Part shown: positions 29,099 to 39,416 of the stretch, one piece after another
Position numbering within the stretch: position 1 is the first letter of the stretch
Layout of the letters: every line of letters begins with the position of its first letter
Assembly: GCA_902572475.1 (NCBI GenBank)
Contig: CACGGB010000003.1
Coordinates: forward strand, 10,642-74,641
DNA length: 64,000 nucleotides
Direction: 5' to 3'
From: an uncultured Pelagibacteraceae bacterium
GTDB taxonomy: Bacteria; Pseudomonadota; Alphaproteobacteria; Pelagibacterales; Pelagibacteraceae
The notes under the pieces: generated by a model
What the model was told of the DNA's origin: nothing
The model's database searches: none
Seen by the model: only the letters and a program-made list of their open reading frames with translations
Translations under genes and position numbers: made by a program

Positions 29099-30397
29099 TT
29101 ACTTATTTTTAAGACTTCTATTAAAAATTATATTAATTTTTTTAGTATGGTAACCAAAATTAAATAACTTTTTAATTTTATTAACAGGTATTTTGTTGGT
29201 AATTTTTTTATCTGAAATAATATTGTCAAAAAAAGAGGAATTTTGTTTCCAAGCATTCATCGCATTTTTTTGAACAATTTTATAGGACTCTTCCCGAGTA
29301 AAACCCACAGTAGTTAATTCAAGTAAAATTCTTTGAGAAAAGAATATACCGTCTGTAATATTTAAATTTTTAAGCATTTTTTTTGGATAAATATTTAAAT
29401 TTTTAATAACGTTTGCTAATCTTGCTAAAGCGAAATCTAAAGCAATAGTTGCATCTGGACCAATATTTCTTTCCACAGCCGAGTGAGAGATATCTCTTTC
29501 ATGCCACAATGAAACATTTTCAAGAGCTGGAATTACACTTGATCTAATTAGTCTAGCTAAACCTGTTAAGTTTTCAGTTAAAATTGGATTTTTCTTATGT
29601 GGCATCGCTGAAGATCCTTTCTGTTTTTTTCCAAAAAATTCTTCAACTTCTAAAACTTCTGTTCTTTGTAAATGCCTTATCTCCGTAGCAAATCTCTCAA
29701 TTGAACTGGCTATAATTCCAAGCGTAGAAAAAAATTGAGCATGTCTATCTCTCGGTATAACTTGTGTAGAAACTGGTTCTACTTTAAGTTTCAATTTTTT
29801 GGCAACATACTTTTCTACTTTAGGATCCACATTAGCAAATGTTCCCACTGCTCCAGAAATAGCACATGTGGAAATTTCTTGAATGGAATTTTCTAATCTC
29901 TTTTTATTTCTTAAAAATTCTTGATAGAAAGTTAACATTTTAAAACCAAAAGTAATCGGTTCAGCATGTATACCGTGACTTCTACCAATACACATTGTGT
30001 ATTTATGTTTTAAGGCTTGACGTTTGATAGAAACAAGTAGTTGATCAATATCTTTTAATAAAATTTGACCTGATTGTTTAAGCTGAAGATTAAAACAAGT
30101 GTCCAAAACATCTGAAGAAGTCATCCCTTTATGAAGATATCTTGCTTCTTTTCCAACTTTTTCTGTAATTGAGGTTAAAAAAGCTATTACATCATGTTTA
30201 ACTTTTTCTTCAATTTGTAAAATTCTTTTTACATTTATTTTTGCTTTTGACTTAACTTTTTTAGAGACACCTTTTGGAATAATTTTCAATTTCTCCATAG
30301 CTTCAGCTGCTGCCAATTCAATTTCAAGCCATATTGAATATTTATTTTTATCTTCCCAAATGCTTTTAATTTCTTTTCTCGTATATCTCTCAATCAT
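29099..30397 (-). CDS. purB: Adenylosuccinate lyase
   Basis: HDVIAF, GRSHGIHAEP and GSSAMPHKKNP. Confidence 0.97.
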   Translation of the reverse strand: MIERYTRKEIKSIWEDKNKYSIWLEIELAAAEAMEKLKIIPKGVSKKVKSKAKINVKRILQIEEKVKHDVIAFLTSITEKVGKEARYLHKGMTSSDVLDTCFNLQLKQSGQILLKDIDQLLVSIKRQALKHKYTMCIGRSHGIHAEPITFGFKMLTFYQEFLRNKKRLENSIQEISTCAISGAVGTFANVDPKVEKYVAKKLKLKVEPVSTQVIPRDRHAQFFSTLGIIASSIERFATEIRHLQRTEVLEVEEFFGKKQKGSSAMPHKKNPILTENLTGLARLIRSSVIPALENVSLWHERDISHSAVERNIGPDATIALDFALARLANVIKNLNIYPKKMLKNLNITDGIFFSQRILLELTTVGFTREESYKIVQKNAMNAWKQNSSFFDNIISDKKITNKIPVNKIKKLFNFGYHTKKINIIFNRSLKNK

Positions 30398-31146
30398 TGC
30401 TTATTTGACAGTGTAAAAATTTCATAACCATCTTTTGTTACTCCAATAGTATGTTCAAATTGTGCAGATAAAGATTTATCTTTTGTTACCGCAGTCCATC
30501 CATCATTTAAAGTCTTAGTTTCATATTTTCCAAAATTTATCATTGGTTCAATAGTAAAAATCATTCCAGCTTTTATCTTTTCACCAGTACCTTTTTTTCC
30601 ATAATGTAAAACATTTGGGTCTTCATGAAAATTTTTACCAATACCATGACCACAGAAATCTTGAACTACTGAAAATCCTTCAGCCTCCACATGATTTTGT
30701 ATTGTTGCACCAATGTCCCCTAAATGAATATCTTCTTTTACAATTTTAATAGCTTTCATCATAGCGTCGTAAGTTGTCTTTACCAATTTTTTTGCTTTAA
30801 TAGAAACTTCTCCAATTTCAAAAGTTCTGCTGGTATCTCCGTGCCAACCATCTTTGAAAGCTGTTACATCAACATTAACAATATCTCCCTCCTTTAAAAC
30901 TTTTTCAGAAGGTATTCCATGACAAACTATATGATTAGTGGATGTACAACAGGATTTAGGAAAACCTCTGTAGAAAAGTGGAGCAGAGTAAGCACCACAA
31001 TCTTTAATATATTCGTAACAAATTTTATCTATAGCATCTGTCTGAATTCCAGGCTTGATTATTTTGGCAACCTCATCTAAAGCTCCAGCGGCAATTTCTC
31101 CAGCTTTTTTCGTTTTTTCAAAGGACTCTTTGTAGCTATCTTTCAT
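30394..31146 (-). CDS. map: Methionine aminopeptidase type I
   Basis: VCHGIP, GWHGDTSRT, GHGIG, FTIEPMIN and SAQFEHT. Confidence 0.97.
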   Translation of the reverse strand: MKDSYKESFEKTKKAGEIAAGALDEVAKIIKPGIQTDAIDKICYEYIKDCGAYSAPLFYRGFPKSCCTSTNHIVCHGIPSEKVLKEGDIVNVDVTAFKDGWHGDTSRTFEIGEVSIKAKKLVKTTYDAMMKAIKIVKEDIHLGDIGATIQNHVEAEGFSVVQDFCGHGIGKNFHEDPNVLHYGKKGTGEKIKAGMIFTIEPMINFGKYETKTLNDGWTAVTKDKSLSAQFEHTIGVTKDGYEIFTLSNKQ

Positions 31147-31841
31147 TTGATTTTGAAATGTATTTTACGATTAAGTTTTATTCCTTTTGTAGAAAATTTA
31201 CAATCATAGCAGAGTATATTTAGATTTTTTTTAACAGCTTTTATTAATAATTCACAATATTTAGGATCAATGTCTTTGGCTAATTTGAACTTATTACAAT
31301 CATCTCTTTGAATTAAAAAAAGGAGATAAATTTCATAACCTTTTTGACTTGCTTTTAATAATTCTTCAATATGTTTAAGACCTCTTGAAGTTATAGCATC
31401 AGGAAACTCAGCAACCCCTTTTTTTCTAGAGAGTGTTACATTTTTTACTTCAATAAAAGATTTTTTTTTACCTTCAGTAATTAAAAAATCGAACCTAGTA
31501 TTTGAACCAAAATTTACCTCTGGTCTAATGGTTTCTAAATTTTTAAATTTTTCAATAATTGAGCTTTTTAAAGCATCCAAAGCAATTTTATTTGTAATGT
31601 GCGTATTAATTCCAACTTTTGAGCTTTGATCTTCAATTATTTGGAGAGTATATTTAAGCTTTCTTTTTGGATTATCAGATTTTGTAAGCCAGACTTTATT
31701 ATTTTTTTTCAGTAAACCCAGCATTGAACCAGTGTTTGGGCAATGAGCAGTAACAATCTTGTTTCCTACTTTTATATCTACAAAAAATCGCTTATATCTT
31801 TTTATAAATAGTCCTGTTATTAATTTACCTTCAAAGTTCAT
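31143..31841 (-). CDS. sfsA: SfsA DNA/RNA nuclease-fold protein
   Basis: RYKRFF, HCPNTGSM, EVKNVT and FPDAITSRGLKH. Confidence 0.94.
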   Translation of the reverse strand: MNFEGKLITGLFIKRYKRFFVDIKVGNKIVTAHCPNTGSMLGLLKKNNKVWLTKSDNPKRKLKYTLQIIEDQSSKVGINTHITNKIALDALKSSIIEKFKNLETIRPEVNFGSNTRFDFLITEGKKKSFIEVKNVTLSRKKGVAEFPDAITSRGLKHIEELLKASQKGYEIYLLFLIQRDDCNKFKLAKDIDPKYCELLIKAVKKNLNILCYDCKFSTKGIKLNRKIHFKIK

Positions 31842-31857
31842 ATATAATTAATAATCT

Positions 31858-32616
31858 ATGAAGAAAAAAAAGAAGAATGTAAATGCTGCAATTTTAATTA
31901 TTGGTAATGAAATATTATCAGGGAGAACTCAGGATAAGAATATTGCATTTATTAGTAACTGGCTAAACTCAAAATGTGGAATTTCAGTAAAGGAAGTTAG
32001 AATTATACCTGACGTTGAAAGAACTATAATCAAAAATATAAGAATATTATCAAAAGAATTTAATTATGTATTTACGACTGGAGGTATAGGGCCAACGCAT
32101 GATGATATAACAGCTCAATCCATCGCAAAAGCTTTTAAAGTGAAATATGGTTACCACAAAGAAGCTTATAAAATATTAGAAAACTATTATGGTAAAGCAA
32201 AATTTAATGATGGAAGAAAAAAAATGGCAAAAATGCCACAAGTTGCAAAATTAATTTATAATCCTTCAAGTGCTGCACCAGGCTTTATAACTAAAAATGT
32301 TTTTTCATTACCCGGTGTTCCATCAATTTTAAATTCAATGATTGATAATTGTAAAAAATATTTAACAAAAGGATTGAAAGTACACAGCAAAACAGTAAAT
32401 CTCTTCACTGTTGAGAGTAATATTTCAAAAAAATTAGCAATAGTTCAAAAAAAATATAAAAACTACGTAGAAGTAGGCAGCTATCCATTTTTTCGATTAG
32501 GTAAAATAGGCGTATCAGTTGTATTTAGATCAACATTTAAAAAAAAATTAACAAATGTAAATAAAGATTTAATGAAAATTGTTAAGGATAAAAAAATTAA
32601 GATTTTAAATATTTAA
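31858..32616 (+). CDS. CinA-like molybdopterin-binding-domain protein (no PncC domain)
   Basis: IGNEILSGRTQDKN, TTGGIGPTHDDIT, LPGVP and GSYPF. Confidence 0.88.
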   Translation: MKKKKKNVNAAILIIGNEILSGRTQDKNIAFISNWLNSKCGISVKEVRIIPDVERTIIKNIRILSKEFNYVFTTGGIGPTHDDITAQSIAKAFKVKYGYHKEAYKILENYYGKAKFNDGRKKMAKMPQVAKLIYNPSSAAPGFITKNVFSLPGVPSILNSMIDNCKKYLTKGLKVHSKTVNLFTVESNISKKLAIVQKKYKNYVEVGSYPFFRLGKIGVSVVFRSTFKKKLTNVNKDLMKIVKDKKIKILNI

Positions 32617-33566
32617 ATTAAACTTAAAACTTCATCAACTTGGATAGAATTTATATCTTTTGTTTTATGGATAATTTTACTATCAAGGACTTTTGTAAAT
32701 TTATTTTTTGGAGCAAATTTTTTGGAGTTAGTTGGTCCAAACAAAACAATCATAGGAATGTTTGCTAAAGCAATCATATGCATTATTCCATTGTCAATAG
32801 AAACAGCAGCATCTAGTCTTGCGGATAATGCTGTTACAAGAGCAGGGCAAGATAATTTAGAATTAACTTCTGGAAATATTGCTGAAGGAACTTGATTTTT
32901 GATTTTCTCAATTAAATCAATCTTATCTTTTTCAATAAAAAAAACTGGTATTTTATTTTTTGATAAAATTTTATTTGCTAAAGCTGTAAATTTATAAATT
33001 GACCAACTTTTTTTTCTGTATTCATTTCCTTGAGTAATTGAAAAACCTATATAATTTGAGTTCGGTAATAATCGTTTTGCCTCATTTAATATTTCTTTTG
33101 GTAAATTTTTTATGTTGAAATTTAATTCAATTATATCTTCTTCCATAAACAAGCTTAAATTTTCTAAGTGATCTAGACTGTTTGATTTTATTTTCTTCGA
33201 TGAAAAAAAACCATTAAAAGTTCTTGAATAAAAAGAACTATGAGGAATTCTACTTAAGATTAAAGAATTTCTAAACTTAGTTTGTAAATCAATAATAAGA
33301 TCATAATTCCCCAATCCTTTACTTAATGCTCTTTTGCTAGCAAAGAAAAAATGCCACCACCTGAATCCAAAATATTTTAGACCTAGATCGACAGTTTCTA
33401 AATGAATCTTATATTCTTTGAGTTTTTCATTAAAATGATTTGTATGTGCGCCTAAATAATAAAATTTTGCTTTTTTAAAATGACTTCTTAAACTTAACAA
33501 AAGTGGAAATAGTTGTATTGAGTCTCCTAGACCACCTCCGGAGTTATATAATAATATCTTTTTCAT
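32613..33566 (-). CDS. Glycosyltransferase family 9 (heptosyltransferase-like)
   Basis: GLGD, YDLIIDLQ, KSW and DNGIMH.A......LFGPT. Confidence 0.85.
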   Translation of the reverse strand: MKKILLYNSGGGLGDSIQLFPLLLSLRSHFKKAKFYYLGAHTNHFNEKLKEYKIHLETVDLGLKYFGFRWWHFFFASKRALSKGLGNYDLIIDLQTKFRNSLILSRIPHSSFYSRTFNGFFSSKKIKSNSLDHLENLSLFMEEDIIELNFNIKNLPKEILNEAKRLLPNSNYIGFSITQGNEYRKKSWSIYKFTALANKILSKNKIPVFFIEKDKIDLIEKIKNQVPSAIFPEVNSKLSCPALVTALSARLDAAVSIDNGIMHMIALANIPMIVLFGPTNSKKFAPKNKFTKVLDSKIIHKTKDINSIQVDEVLSLI

Positions 33567-33637
33567 GGGATAAATATACTTTATAAGATTTAAATAAAAA
33601 TATAAATGTCATATAGATATTATAAAATAATAAATGT

Positions 33638-33723
33638 GCCCTCGTGGTGAAATTGGTAGACACAAAGGACTTAAAATCCTTGCCCTTTTGGGAGTGCCAG
33701 TTCGAGTCTGGCCGAGGGCACCA
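33638..33723 (+). tRNA. tRNA-Leu(UAA)
   Basis: Cloverleaf with anticodon arm AAGGA-CTTAAAA-TCCTT, long variable arm, GTTCGAG and encoded CCA. Confidence 0.96.
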
Positions 33724-33731
33724 CAAGATAA

Positions 33732-34499
33732 ATGAATAAACCATTAATTATATCTGACAATAATTTAAAATCTGCTCAAATAAAAAAACAAATTATTAAT
33801 TTATTTAAGACAAAAAAAATATTTAAAAAAAATATTGTATTAGTTGTAGGTGGCGATGGTTTTATGCTTAAAACGTTAAAGAAAAATCAGAAAACAAAAA
33901 AATTATTTTACGGCATCAACTCTGGCAATTATGGATTCTTGATGAATAAATTTTCAAAAAAACAATTGATTCAAAACATTCAGAAATCAAAAATGATAAG
34001 TATTTCTCCTTTAGAAATGGTTGTAGTAACTAAAAATAGAATAAAAAAATGTATAGCAATTAATGAAGTTTCAATTTTAAGACAAAGTAGACAGGCAGCA
34101 AATTTGTCAATAAAGCATAAGTCAAACTATATTATGAAAAAATTAGTGTCAGACGGCGTTTTAGTTTCAACACCTGCAGGAAGCACGGCATATAATTTAT
34201 CTGTGCACGGACCTATATTGAATTTGAATTCTAACAAAGTTTCAATTGCTCCAATAAGTGCATTTAGACCTAGAAGGTGGGCAGGTAAAATTGTTAGCGA
34301 CAAGTCAAAAATTGTTATTACTAATTTAAATCCCTCTAAAAGACCTGTAAGTGCCGTTGCTGATAACTTAGAAATTCGAAATGCTATAAAAATTACTATA
34401 TATATTCAAAATAGGATAAAGTTTAATTTACTTTACGATAAAAATAAAAGTTTGCAAAAAAAAATTAAACTTGAACAATTGAGAAAAGAGACTTTTTAA
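33732..34499 (+). CDS. nadK: NAD kinase
   Basis: GGDGF, GFLMN, AINEV and DGVLVSTPAGSTAYNLS. Confidence 0.95.
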   Translation: MNKPLIISDNNLKSAQIKKQIINLFKTKKIFKKNIVLVVGGDGFMLKTLKKNQKTKKLFYGINSGNYGFLMNKFSKKQLIQNIQKSKMISISPLEMVVVTKNRIKKCIAINEVSILRQSRQAANLSIKHKSNYIMKKLVSDGVLVSTPAGSTAYNLSVHGPILNLNSNKVSIAPISAFRPRRWAGKIVSDKSKIVITNLNPSKRPVSAVADNLEIRNAIKITIYIQNRIKFNLLYDKNKSLQKKIKLEQLRKETF

Positions 34500-34575
34500 T
34501 GGTGCCCTCACACGGACTCGAACCGCGAACCTATTGATTACAAATCAATTGCTCTACCAATTGAGCTATGAGGGC
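34500..34575 (-). tRNA. tRNA-Thr(UGU)
   Basis: Reverse complement GCCCTCATAGCTCAATTGGTAGAGC...ATTGA-TTTGTAA-TCAAT...GAGGGCACCA. Confidence 0.96.
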
Positions 34576-34627
34576 TTGAAAGACTCTTTAAAATAATTTC
34601 ACTTAAAAAACAATATAAATAATTTTT

Positions 34628-35371
34628 TTATTTAATTGATTGGAAAATATGATGGCAAACTACAGATACAGTGTTTGATATATTTAAGCTTTCAATATTA
34701 TCATTCATTTTTACTCTGAACCTAAAATCTGAATTCTCAAGTGTCTTAGCTTTAACACCATATCCTTCAGATCCAAATAACAAGACATTTTTTCCTTTCC
34801 AATTATTTTTTGTAAAATCTTGTTTAGAGGATATATCAAAAGCGCTTATCCAAAATTCTTTTGTTTTTAGAAATTTCAAAGCGGTATTTAAATTAGATAC
34901 TTTAAAAATATTTATGTGCTCCACACCTCCGCTTGCACTTTTATAAAGTAATTTACTTTTTGAAGGAAAAGATCGATCTTTTACTATAATCCCGTCGATG
35001 TTAAACGCTACTGCACTTCTTATAATTGATCCGATATTACGTGGATCCGTTACCTCTTCAAGAGCTATAAAGTTAATATTTTTTTTTTTATTTCTAAAAA
35101 CAAAATCTTTTAAAGTAATTTCTTCAAGTTGTTCAACTTCTGCAATTAATCCTTGATGAGAAGTTTGATCTCGTCCACATAAATTATCTAATTCTTTTCT
35201 TGACTTATAAAAAACACTTATTGATTTAAACAAATTTAATGATTGATTTTCTCTATTAAGTCTTTTTTGAGCATCTTCAGTTACAAAAATTCTCTCAATT
35301 TTTCTTGAAGGGTTTTTTAATGCCTCCAAAACTGCATGTTTGCCTACTATTAAAAAAGTGGTTTTTTTCAT
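34628..35371 (-). CDS. rlmB: 23S rRNA Gm2251 2'-O-methyltransferase
   Basis: GKHAV, HQG, DPRNIGSIIRSA, FGSEG and ESLNIS. Confidence 0.9.
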   Translation of the reverse strand: MKKTTFLIVGKHAVLEALKNPSRKIERIFVTEDAQKRLNRENQSLNLFKSISVFYKSRKELDNLCGRDQTSHQGLIAEVEQLEEITLKDFVFRNKKKNINFIALEEVTDPRNIGSIIRSAVAFNIDGIIVKDRSFPSKSKLLYKSASGGVEHINIFKVSNLNTALKFLKTKEFWISAFDISSKQDFTKNNWKGKNVLLFGSEGYGVKAKTLENSDFRFRVKMNDNIESLNISNTVSVVCHHIFQSIK

Positions 35372-35425
35372 GATTTTTAAGCAATATTTTCAAATTACTA
35401 GCATATTTTAAGGCAAAATGATTTA

Positions 35426-35453
35426 TTGCAATTATTTCATAAATGCTTATAAA
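35426..35453 (+). promoter_or_regulatory. Sigma70-like promoter of the tRNA-Tyr/Gly-tuf unit
   Basis: TTGCAA-16nt-TATAAA. Confidence 0.5.
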
Positions 35454-35508
35454 ACGCTTGTTGTTAAATGCTTTTTAAGTTAGTGGGTATCCCAACATTA
35501 AATATTCA

Positions 35509-35594
35509 GGAGGGGTACCAAAGCGGTCAAATGGGGCGGGCTGTAAACCCGTTGACTTCGGTCTTCGAAAGTTCGAATCTTTCCCCCTCCACCA
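35509..35594 (+). tRNA. tRNA-Tyr(GUA)
   Basis: GGAGGGG acceptor stem, anticodon loop CTGTAAA, long variable arm and CCA. Confidence 0.96.
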
Positions 35595-35641
35595 AACTTA
35601 AATAAAATTTAATAATAAAGAGCGCGATAAGTTTGGATATT

Positions 35642-35715
35642 GCGGGTGTAGTTCAATGGTAGAACGCTAGCCTTCCAAGCTGGATGTAAGGGTTCGATTC
35701 CCTTTACCCGCTCCA
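35642..35715 (+). tRNA. tRNA-Gly(UCC)
   Basis: GCGGGTG acceptor stem, anticodon loop CTTCCAA and CCA. Confidence 0.96.
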
Positions 35716-35752
35716 AAATTAAAAATTAAAATATAAAGTGAGGAAAAAATAG

Positions 35753-36952
35753 ATGTCTAAAGAAAAGTTTAACCGAAACAAACCACATTGTAACATCGGT
35801 ACAATAGGTCATGTCGACCATGGTAAAACAACTCTTACTGCAGCAATAACTAAAGTATTGTCTGAAGCTGGAGGTTCAAGTAGTGCAAATTTTGTGGCTT
35901 ATGATCAAATAGATAAAGCTCCAGAGGAAAAAGAAAGAGGAATAACTATTTCAACAGCACACGTTGAATATGAAACAGAAAAAAGACACTATGCTCACGT
36001 AGATTGTCCTGGACACGCTGACTATGTAAAAAATATGATTACAGGAGCAGCTCAAATGGATGGCGCAATACTTGTGGTAAATGCAGCTGACGGTCCAATG
36101 CCTCAAACCAGAGAGCACATTTTATTAGCTAGGCAAGTTGGCGTTCCTGCTATTGTGGTTTTCTTAAATAAAATTGATACAGTTAAAGACAAAGAATTAG
36201 TTGATTTAGTAGAAGAGGAAATCAGAGAACTTTTAACTTCTTACAAGTTTCCTGGAGATAAAATCCCGATTATCAAAGGTTCAGCATTAAATGCTGTAGA
36301 AGGAAAAGACGAAGCAACTGGAAAAAATGCAATCATGGAATTAATGAAAGCAGTAGATGAAACTATTCCTCAACCAGACAGACCAAAAGATAAAGCCTTC
36401 TTAATGCCTGTTGAAGATGTTTTTTCAATATCAGGTAGAGGAACAGTTGTGACTGGTAGAGTAGAGTCAGGTGTAATAAAAGTTGGTGAAGAAATTGAAA
36501 TTGTTGGAATCAGAGACACTAAAAAATCTGTTTGCACTGGAGTAGAAATGTTTAGAAAACTTCTAGATAGTGGAGAAGCAGGTGATAACATTGGTGCTCT
36601 ATTAAGAGGAGTCGAACGAGATGATGTTGAAAGAGGGCAAGTACTTTGTAAGCCTGGTTCAATCACACCTCACACTGAATTTGAGTGTCAGGCTTATATT
36701 TTGAAAAAAGAGGAAGGTGGTAGACATACTCCGTTTTTTACAAAGTATAGACCTCAGTTTTATTTTAGAACTACTGATGTAACTGGTGAAGTTACTTTAC
36801 CTTCTGGAACAGAAATGGTTATGCCAGGAGATGACGGTAAATTCACAGTTAAATTAATTACACCTATTGCTATGAACGAAAATTTAAATTTTGCAATTAG
36901 AGAAGGTGGTAAAACAGTTGGAGCTGGAGTAGTTACAAAAATAATTAAATAA
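35753..36952 (+). CDS. tuf: Elongation factor Tu
   Basis: [22 protein letters not shown] and NKID. Confidence 0.99.
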   Translation: MSKEKFNRNKPHCNIGTIGHVDHGKTTLTAAITKVLSEAGGSSSANFVAYDQIDKAPEEKERGITISTAHVEYETEKRHYAHVDCPGHADYVKNMITGAAQMDGAILVVNAADGPMPQTREHILLARQVGVPAIVVFLNKIDTVKDKELVDLVEEEIRELLTSYKFPGDKIPIIKGSALNAVEGKDEATGKNAIMELMKAVDETIPQPDRPKDKAFLMPVEDVFSISGRGTVVTGRVESGVIKVGEEIEIVGIRDTKKSVCTGVEMFRKLLDSGEAGDNIGALLRGVERDDVERGQVLCKPGSITPHTEFECQAYILKKEEGGRHTPFFTKYRPQFYFRTTDVTGEVTLPSGTEMVMPGDDGKFTVKLITPIAMNENLNFAIREGGKTVGAGVVTKIIK

Positions 36953-36957
36953 CGCTT

Positions 36958-37033
36958 AGGAGCGTAGTTCAATTGGTAGAGCGCCGGTCTCCAAAACCGG
37001 AGGTTGTGGGTTCGAGTCCCTCCGCTCCTGCCA
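36958..37033 (+). tRNA. tRNA-Trp(CCA)
   Basis: Anticodon arm CCGGT-CTCCAAA-ACCGG and CCA end. Lies upstream of secE. Confidence 0.96.
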
Positions 37034-37048
37034 AACTTATAATGTAAT

Positions 37049-37240
37049 ATGAAAAATCCATTAAAATTTATTCAAGAAGTAAAACAGGAAACTTTTAGAA
37101 TTACTTGGCCAACTAAAAAAGAAACGATGATGGGTGCTGTAATGGTTTTTGCTTTAGCTTCTATCGCAGCAATTTTCTTCTTGATATTAGATCAACTATT
37201 GAGATTTTTGTTAAATTTAATTCTTACAATTAATTTTTAG
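37049..37240 (+). CDS. secE: Preprotein translocase SecE
   Basis: E...ITWPT motif, one TM segment and synteny. Confidence 0.95.
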   Translation: MKNPLKFIQEVKQETFRITWPTKKETMMGAVMVFALASIAAIFFLILDQLLRFLLNLILTINF

Positions 37241-37245
37241 ATTAA

Positions 37246-37770
37246 ATGAATTGGTACATTGTACAGGCTTATTCTGGTTTTGAAAAAAAAGTTGTTGAGT
37301 CAATTAAAGACGAATTAAAGAAACATAAATTGTCTGAAAAATTAGAGGAAATTCTTGTACCCACTCATCAAGTAACAGAGGTAAAAAAAGGGAAAAGAAC
37401 AAAAAAAGAAAAGAAATTCTTTCCAGGATACGTTTTAATAAAAATTGAACTTACAAAAGAAATTTATCATATGATAAAAAATTTACAGAAAGTAAGTGGG
37501 TTTTTAGGATCAGCTGATAAACCCACACCTATTTCAGACAATGAAATTAAAAGAATTTTAGGACAAGTATCTGAAAGTGCAGTAACACAGAAAACAGGTA
37601 TAAATTTTGAAATAGGAGAAAAAGTTAAAGTTTGTGACGGTCCATTTGCCTCATTTAATGGTTTAATCGAAGAAATAGATGAAGAAAAATCTAGACTTAA
37701 AGTCTCAGTTTCTATATTTGGTAGAGCAACACCAGTAGATTTAGAATTTAATCAAGTGGAGAAAAATTAA
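37246..37770 (+). CDS. nusG: Transcription factor NusG
   Basis: [20 protein letters not shown] and IFGRATPV. Confidence 0.98.
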   Translation: MNWYIVQAYSGFEKKVVESIKDELKKHKLSEKLEEILVPTHQVTEVKKGKRTKKEKKFFPGYVLIKIELTKEIYHMIKNLQKVSGFLGSADKPTPISDNEIKRILGQVSESAVTQKTGINFEIGEKVKVCDGPFASFNGLIEEIDEEKSRLKVSVSIFGRATPVDLEFNQVEKN

Positions 37771-38195
37771 TGGCTAAAGAAATTGCAGGTTATGTAAAAT
37801 TACAAATTAAAGGTGGACAAGCTAATCCAGCACCACCTGTTGGCCCAGCATTGGGTCAAAGAGGAATTAACATTATGGAATTTTGTAAAGCATTTAATGA
37901 AAAAACAAAATCATTTATGGGAAAACCTGTTCCAGTTGTAATTACTGTATATAAGGATAAAAAATTTGATTTTATCATAAAATCTCCACCAGCATCTCAT
38001 TTCATTCGTGAAGCAGCAAAACTTAAAAGTGGATCTAGCGAACCTGGAAGAGTTGTAGCTGGATCAATTACAATGAAGCAAGCTGAAGCAATAGCTAAAG
38101 AAAAGATGAAAGATTTAAATGCATTTGATCTTAAAGAAGCTACAAAAATTATTTGTGGATCAGCAAGATCGATGGGAATAGAAGTGAAAGAATAG
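37770..38195 (+). CDS. rplK: 50S ribosomal protein L11
   Basis: [12 protein letters not shown]. Confidence 0.98.
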   Translation: MAKEIAGYVKLQIKGGQANPAPPVGPALGQRGINIMEFCKAFNEKTKSFMGKPVPVVITVYKDKKFDFIIKSPPASHFIREAAKLKSGSSEPGRVVAGSITMKQAEAIAKEKMKDLNAFDLKEATKIICGSARSMGIEVKE

Positions 38196-38197
38196 AA

Positions 38198-38884
38198 ATG
38201 AAGAAAAAATCTAAAAGATATCAAGAATTATTAAAAACAGTTGTTAAAGATAAAAAACTTTCTGCTAAAGACATACTTGAACTAGTGAAAAAGAATTCAA
38301 ACTCTAAGTTTGACGAGTCTATTGATGTTTCTTTAAGAATTAATCTAAAACAATCTAAAGGAGGCGATTTAAGTTTAAGAACGACTGTAAAATTACCTAA
38401 TGGTTCTGGAAAAAAAGAAAAAATTGCAGTTCTGTGTGAGCCAGACAAAATTGATGATGCAAAGAAAAGCGGTGCGGAAATTGTAGGTTCAGATGATTTG
38501 ATCGAAAAGATTGCAGCTGGTAAAATTGATTTTACAAAATTAATTTGCACACCTTCAATGATGGGTAAAATAGGTAAACATGGAAAAGTTTTGGGCCCAA
38601 AAGGTTTAATGCCTAACCCAAAATTAGGAACAGTTTCAATTGATGTTGCCAAATCAGTTAAAGATATAAAAACAGGCTTAGTTGAAATTAGAAATGATAA
38701 AGACGGTAATTTAGCTTCTACAATCGGCAGAAAAAGTTATTCAACTGATAAATTATTAGAAAACTATAATCATTTCATAGAAACATTAAAAAAAGAAAAA
38801 CCCGAGAGTATAAAAGGAGAATTTATAAAAAATACTTTTATAACATCTACCATGGGAATTTCTTATAAAGTAGGAGCAAAGTAA
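38198..38884 (+). CDS. rplA: 50S ribosomal protein L1
   Basis: FDESID and LGPKGLMPNPKLGTV. ATG at 38198. Confidence 0.97.
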   Translation: MKKKSKRYQELLKTVVKDKKLSAKDILELVKKNSNSKFDESIDVSLRINLKQSKGGDLSLRTTVKLPNGSGKKEKIAVLCEPDKIDDAKKSGAEIVGSDDLIEKIAAGKIDFTKLICTPSMMGKIGKHGKVLGPKGLMPNPKLGTVSIDVAKSVKDIKTGLVEIRNDKDGNLASTIGRKSYSTDKLLENYNHFIETLKKEKPESIKGEFIKNTFITSTMGISYKVGAK

Positions 38885-38888
38885 ATCT

Positions 38889-39401
38889 ATGATGAGCAAA
38901 CAAGCTAAGAAAAATTATGTTGAGGAAATGAAAAAAAACTTTTCAGACAATGAATCTGTTATGATCGCACAGTATCAAGGTTTAAATGTAAACGAACTAG
39001 ACTCACTAAGAAAAGAACTTAGAGAAAAAGGTATACTTTTTAAAATCACAAAAAATAGAATTACAAAAATTGCATTAAAAGACACACCCAAAAAAGACTT
39101 AGAAAAATATTTTATTGGGCCTACAGCTGCAGCTATTTCATCTGATCCAATTTCAACAGCTAAAATTCTCACAAAATTTTCAAAATCTAATAATAAATTG
39201 AAAATTGTTGCTGGTTTCATGGATGGTAAAGTTTTAGATGAAAAAGAGGTGTCTATTATAGCCACACTTCCTTCCCTAGAGGAGGCAAGGGCTAAAATAG
39301 TGGGTATTTTAGCCTCACCGGCACAAAAATTAGTAAGTATTTTACTTGCACCAGGCTCAAAAATTGCTAATTTAGCGCGCGCAAAGAGTTTAAAAAATTA
39401 A
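38889..39401 (+). CDS. rplJ: 50S ribosomal protein L10
   Basis: YQGL, KN, GPTA and LPS. Synteny. Confidence 0.96.
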   Translation: MMSKQAKKNYVEEMKKNFSDNESVMIAQYQGLNVNELDSLRKELREKGILFKITKNRITKIALKDTPKKDLEKYFIGPTAAAISSDPISTAKILTKFSKSNNKLKIVAGFMDGKVLDEKEVSIIATLPSLEEARAKIVGILASPAQKLVSILLAPGSKIANLARAKSLKN

Positions 39402-39416
39402 TTCATAGGATAGATA

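Noticed and set aside
32613-33723. GT9 gene beside tRNA-Leu as a possible genomic island
   Set aside because: There is no integrase or att duplication, and the gene lies at the tRNA 5' side.
33544-33744. 66-aa minus-strand ORF
   Set aside because: It is antisense to tRNA-Leu (WCPRPDSN is a typical tRNA shadow).
35482-35497. Small GGG-TAT-CCC hairpin upstream of tRNA-Tyr
   Set aside because: It is too short to distinguish from chance.
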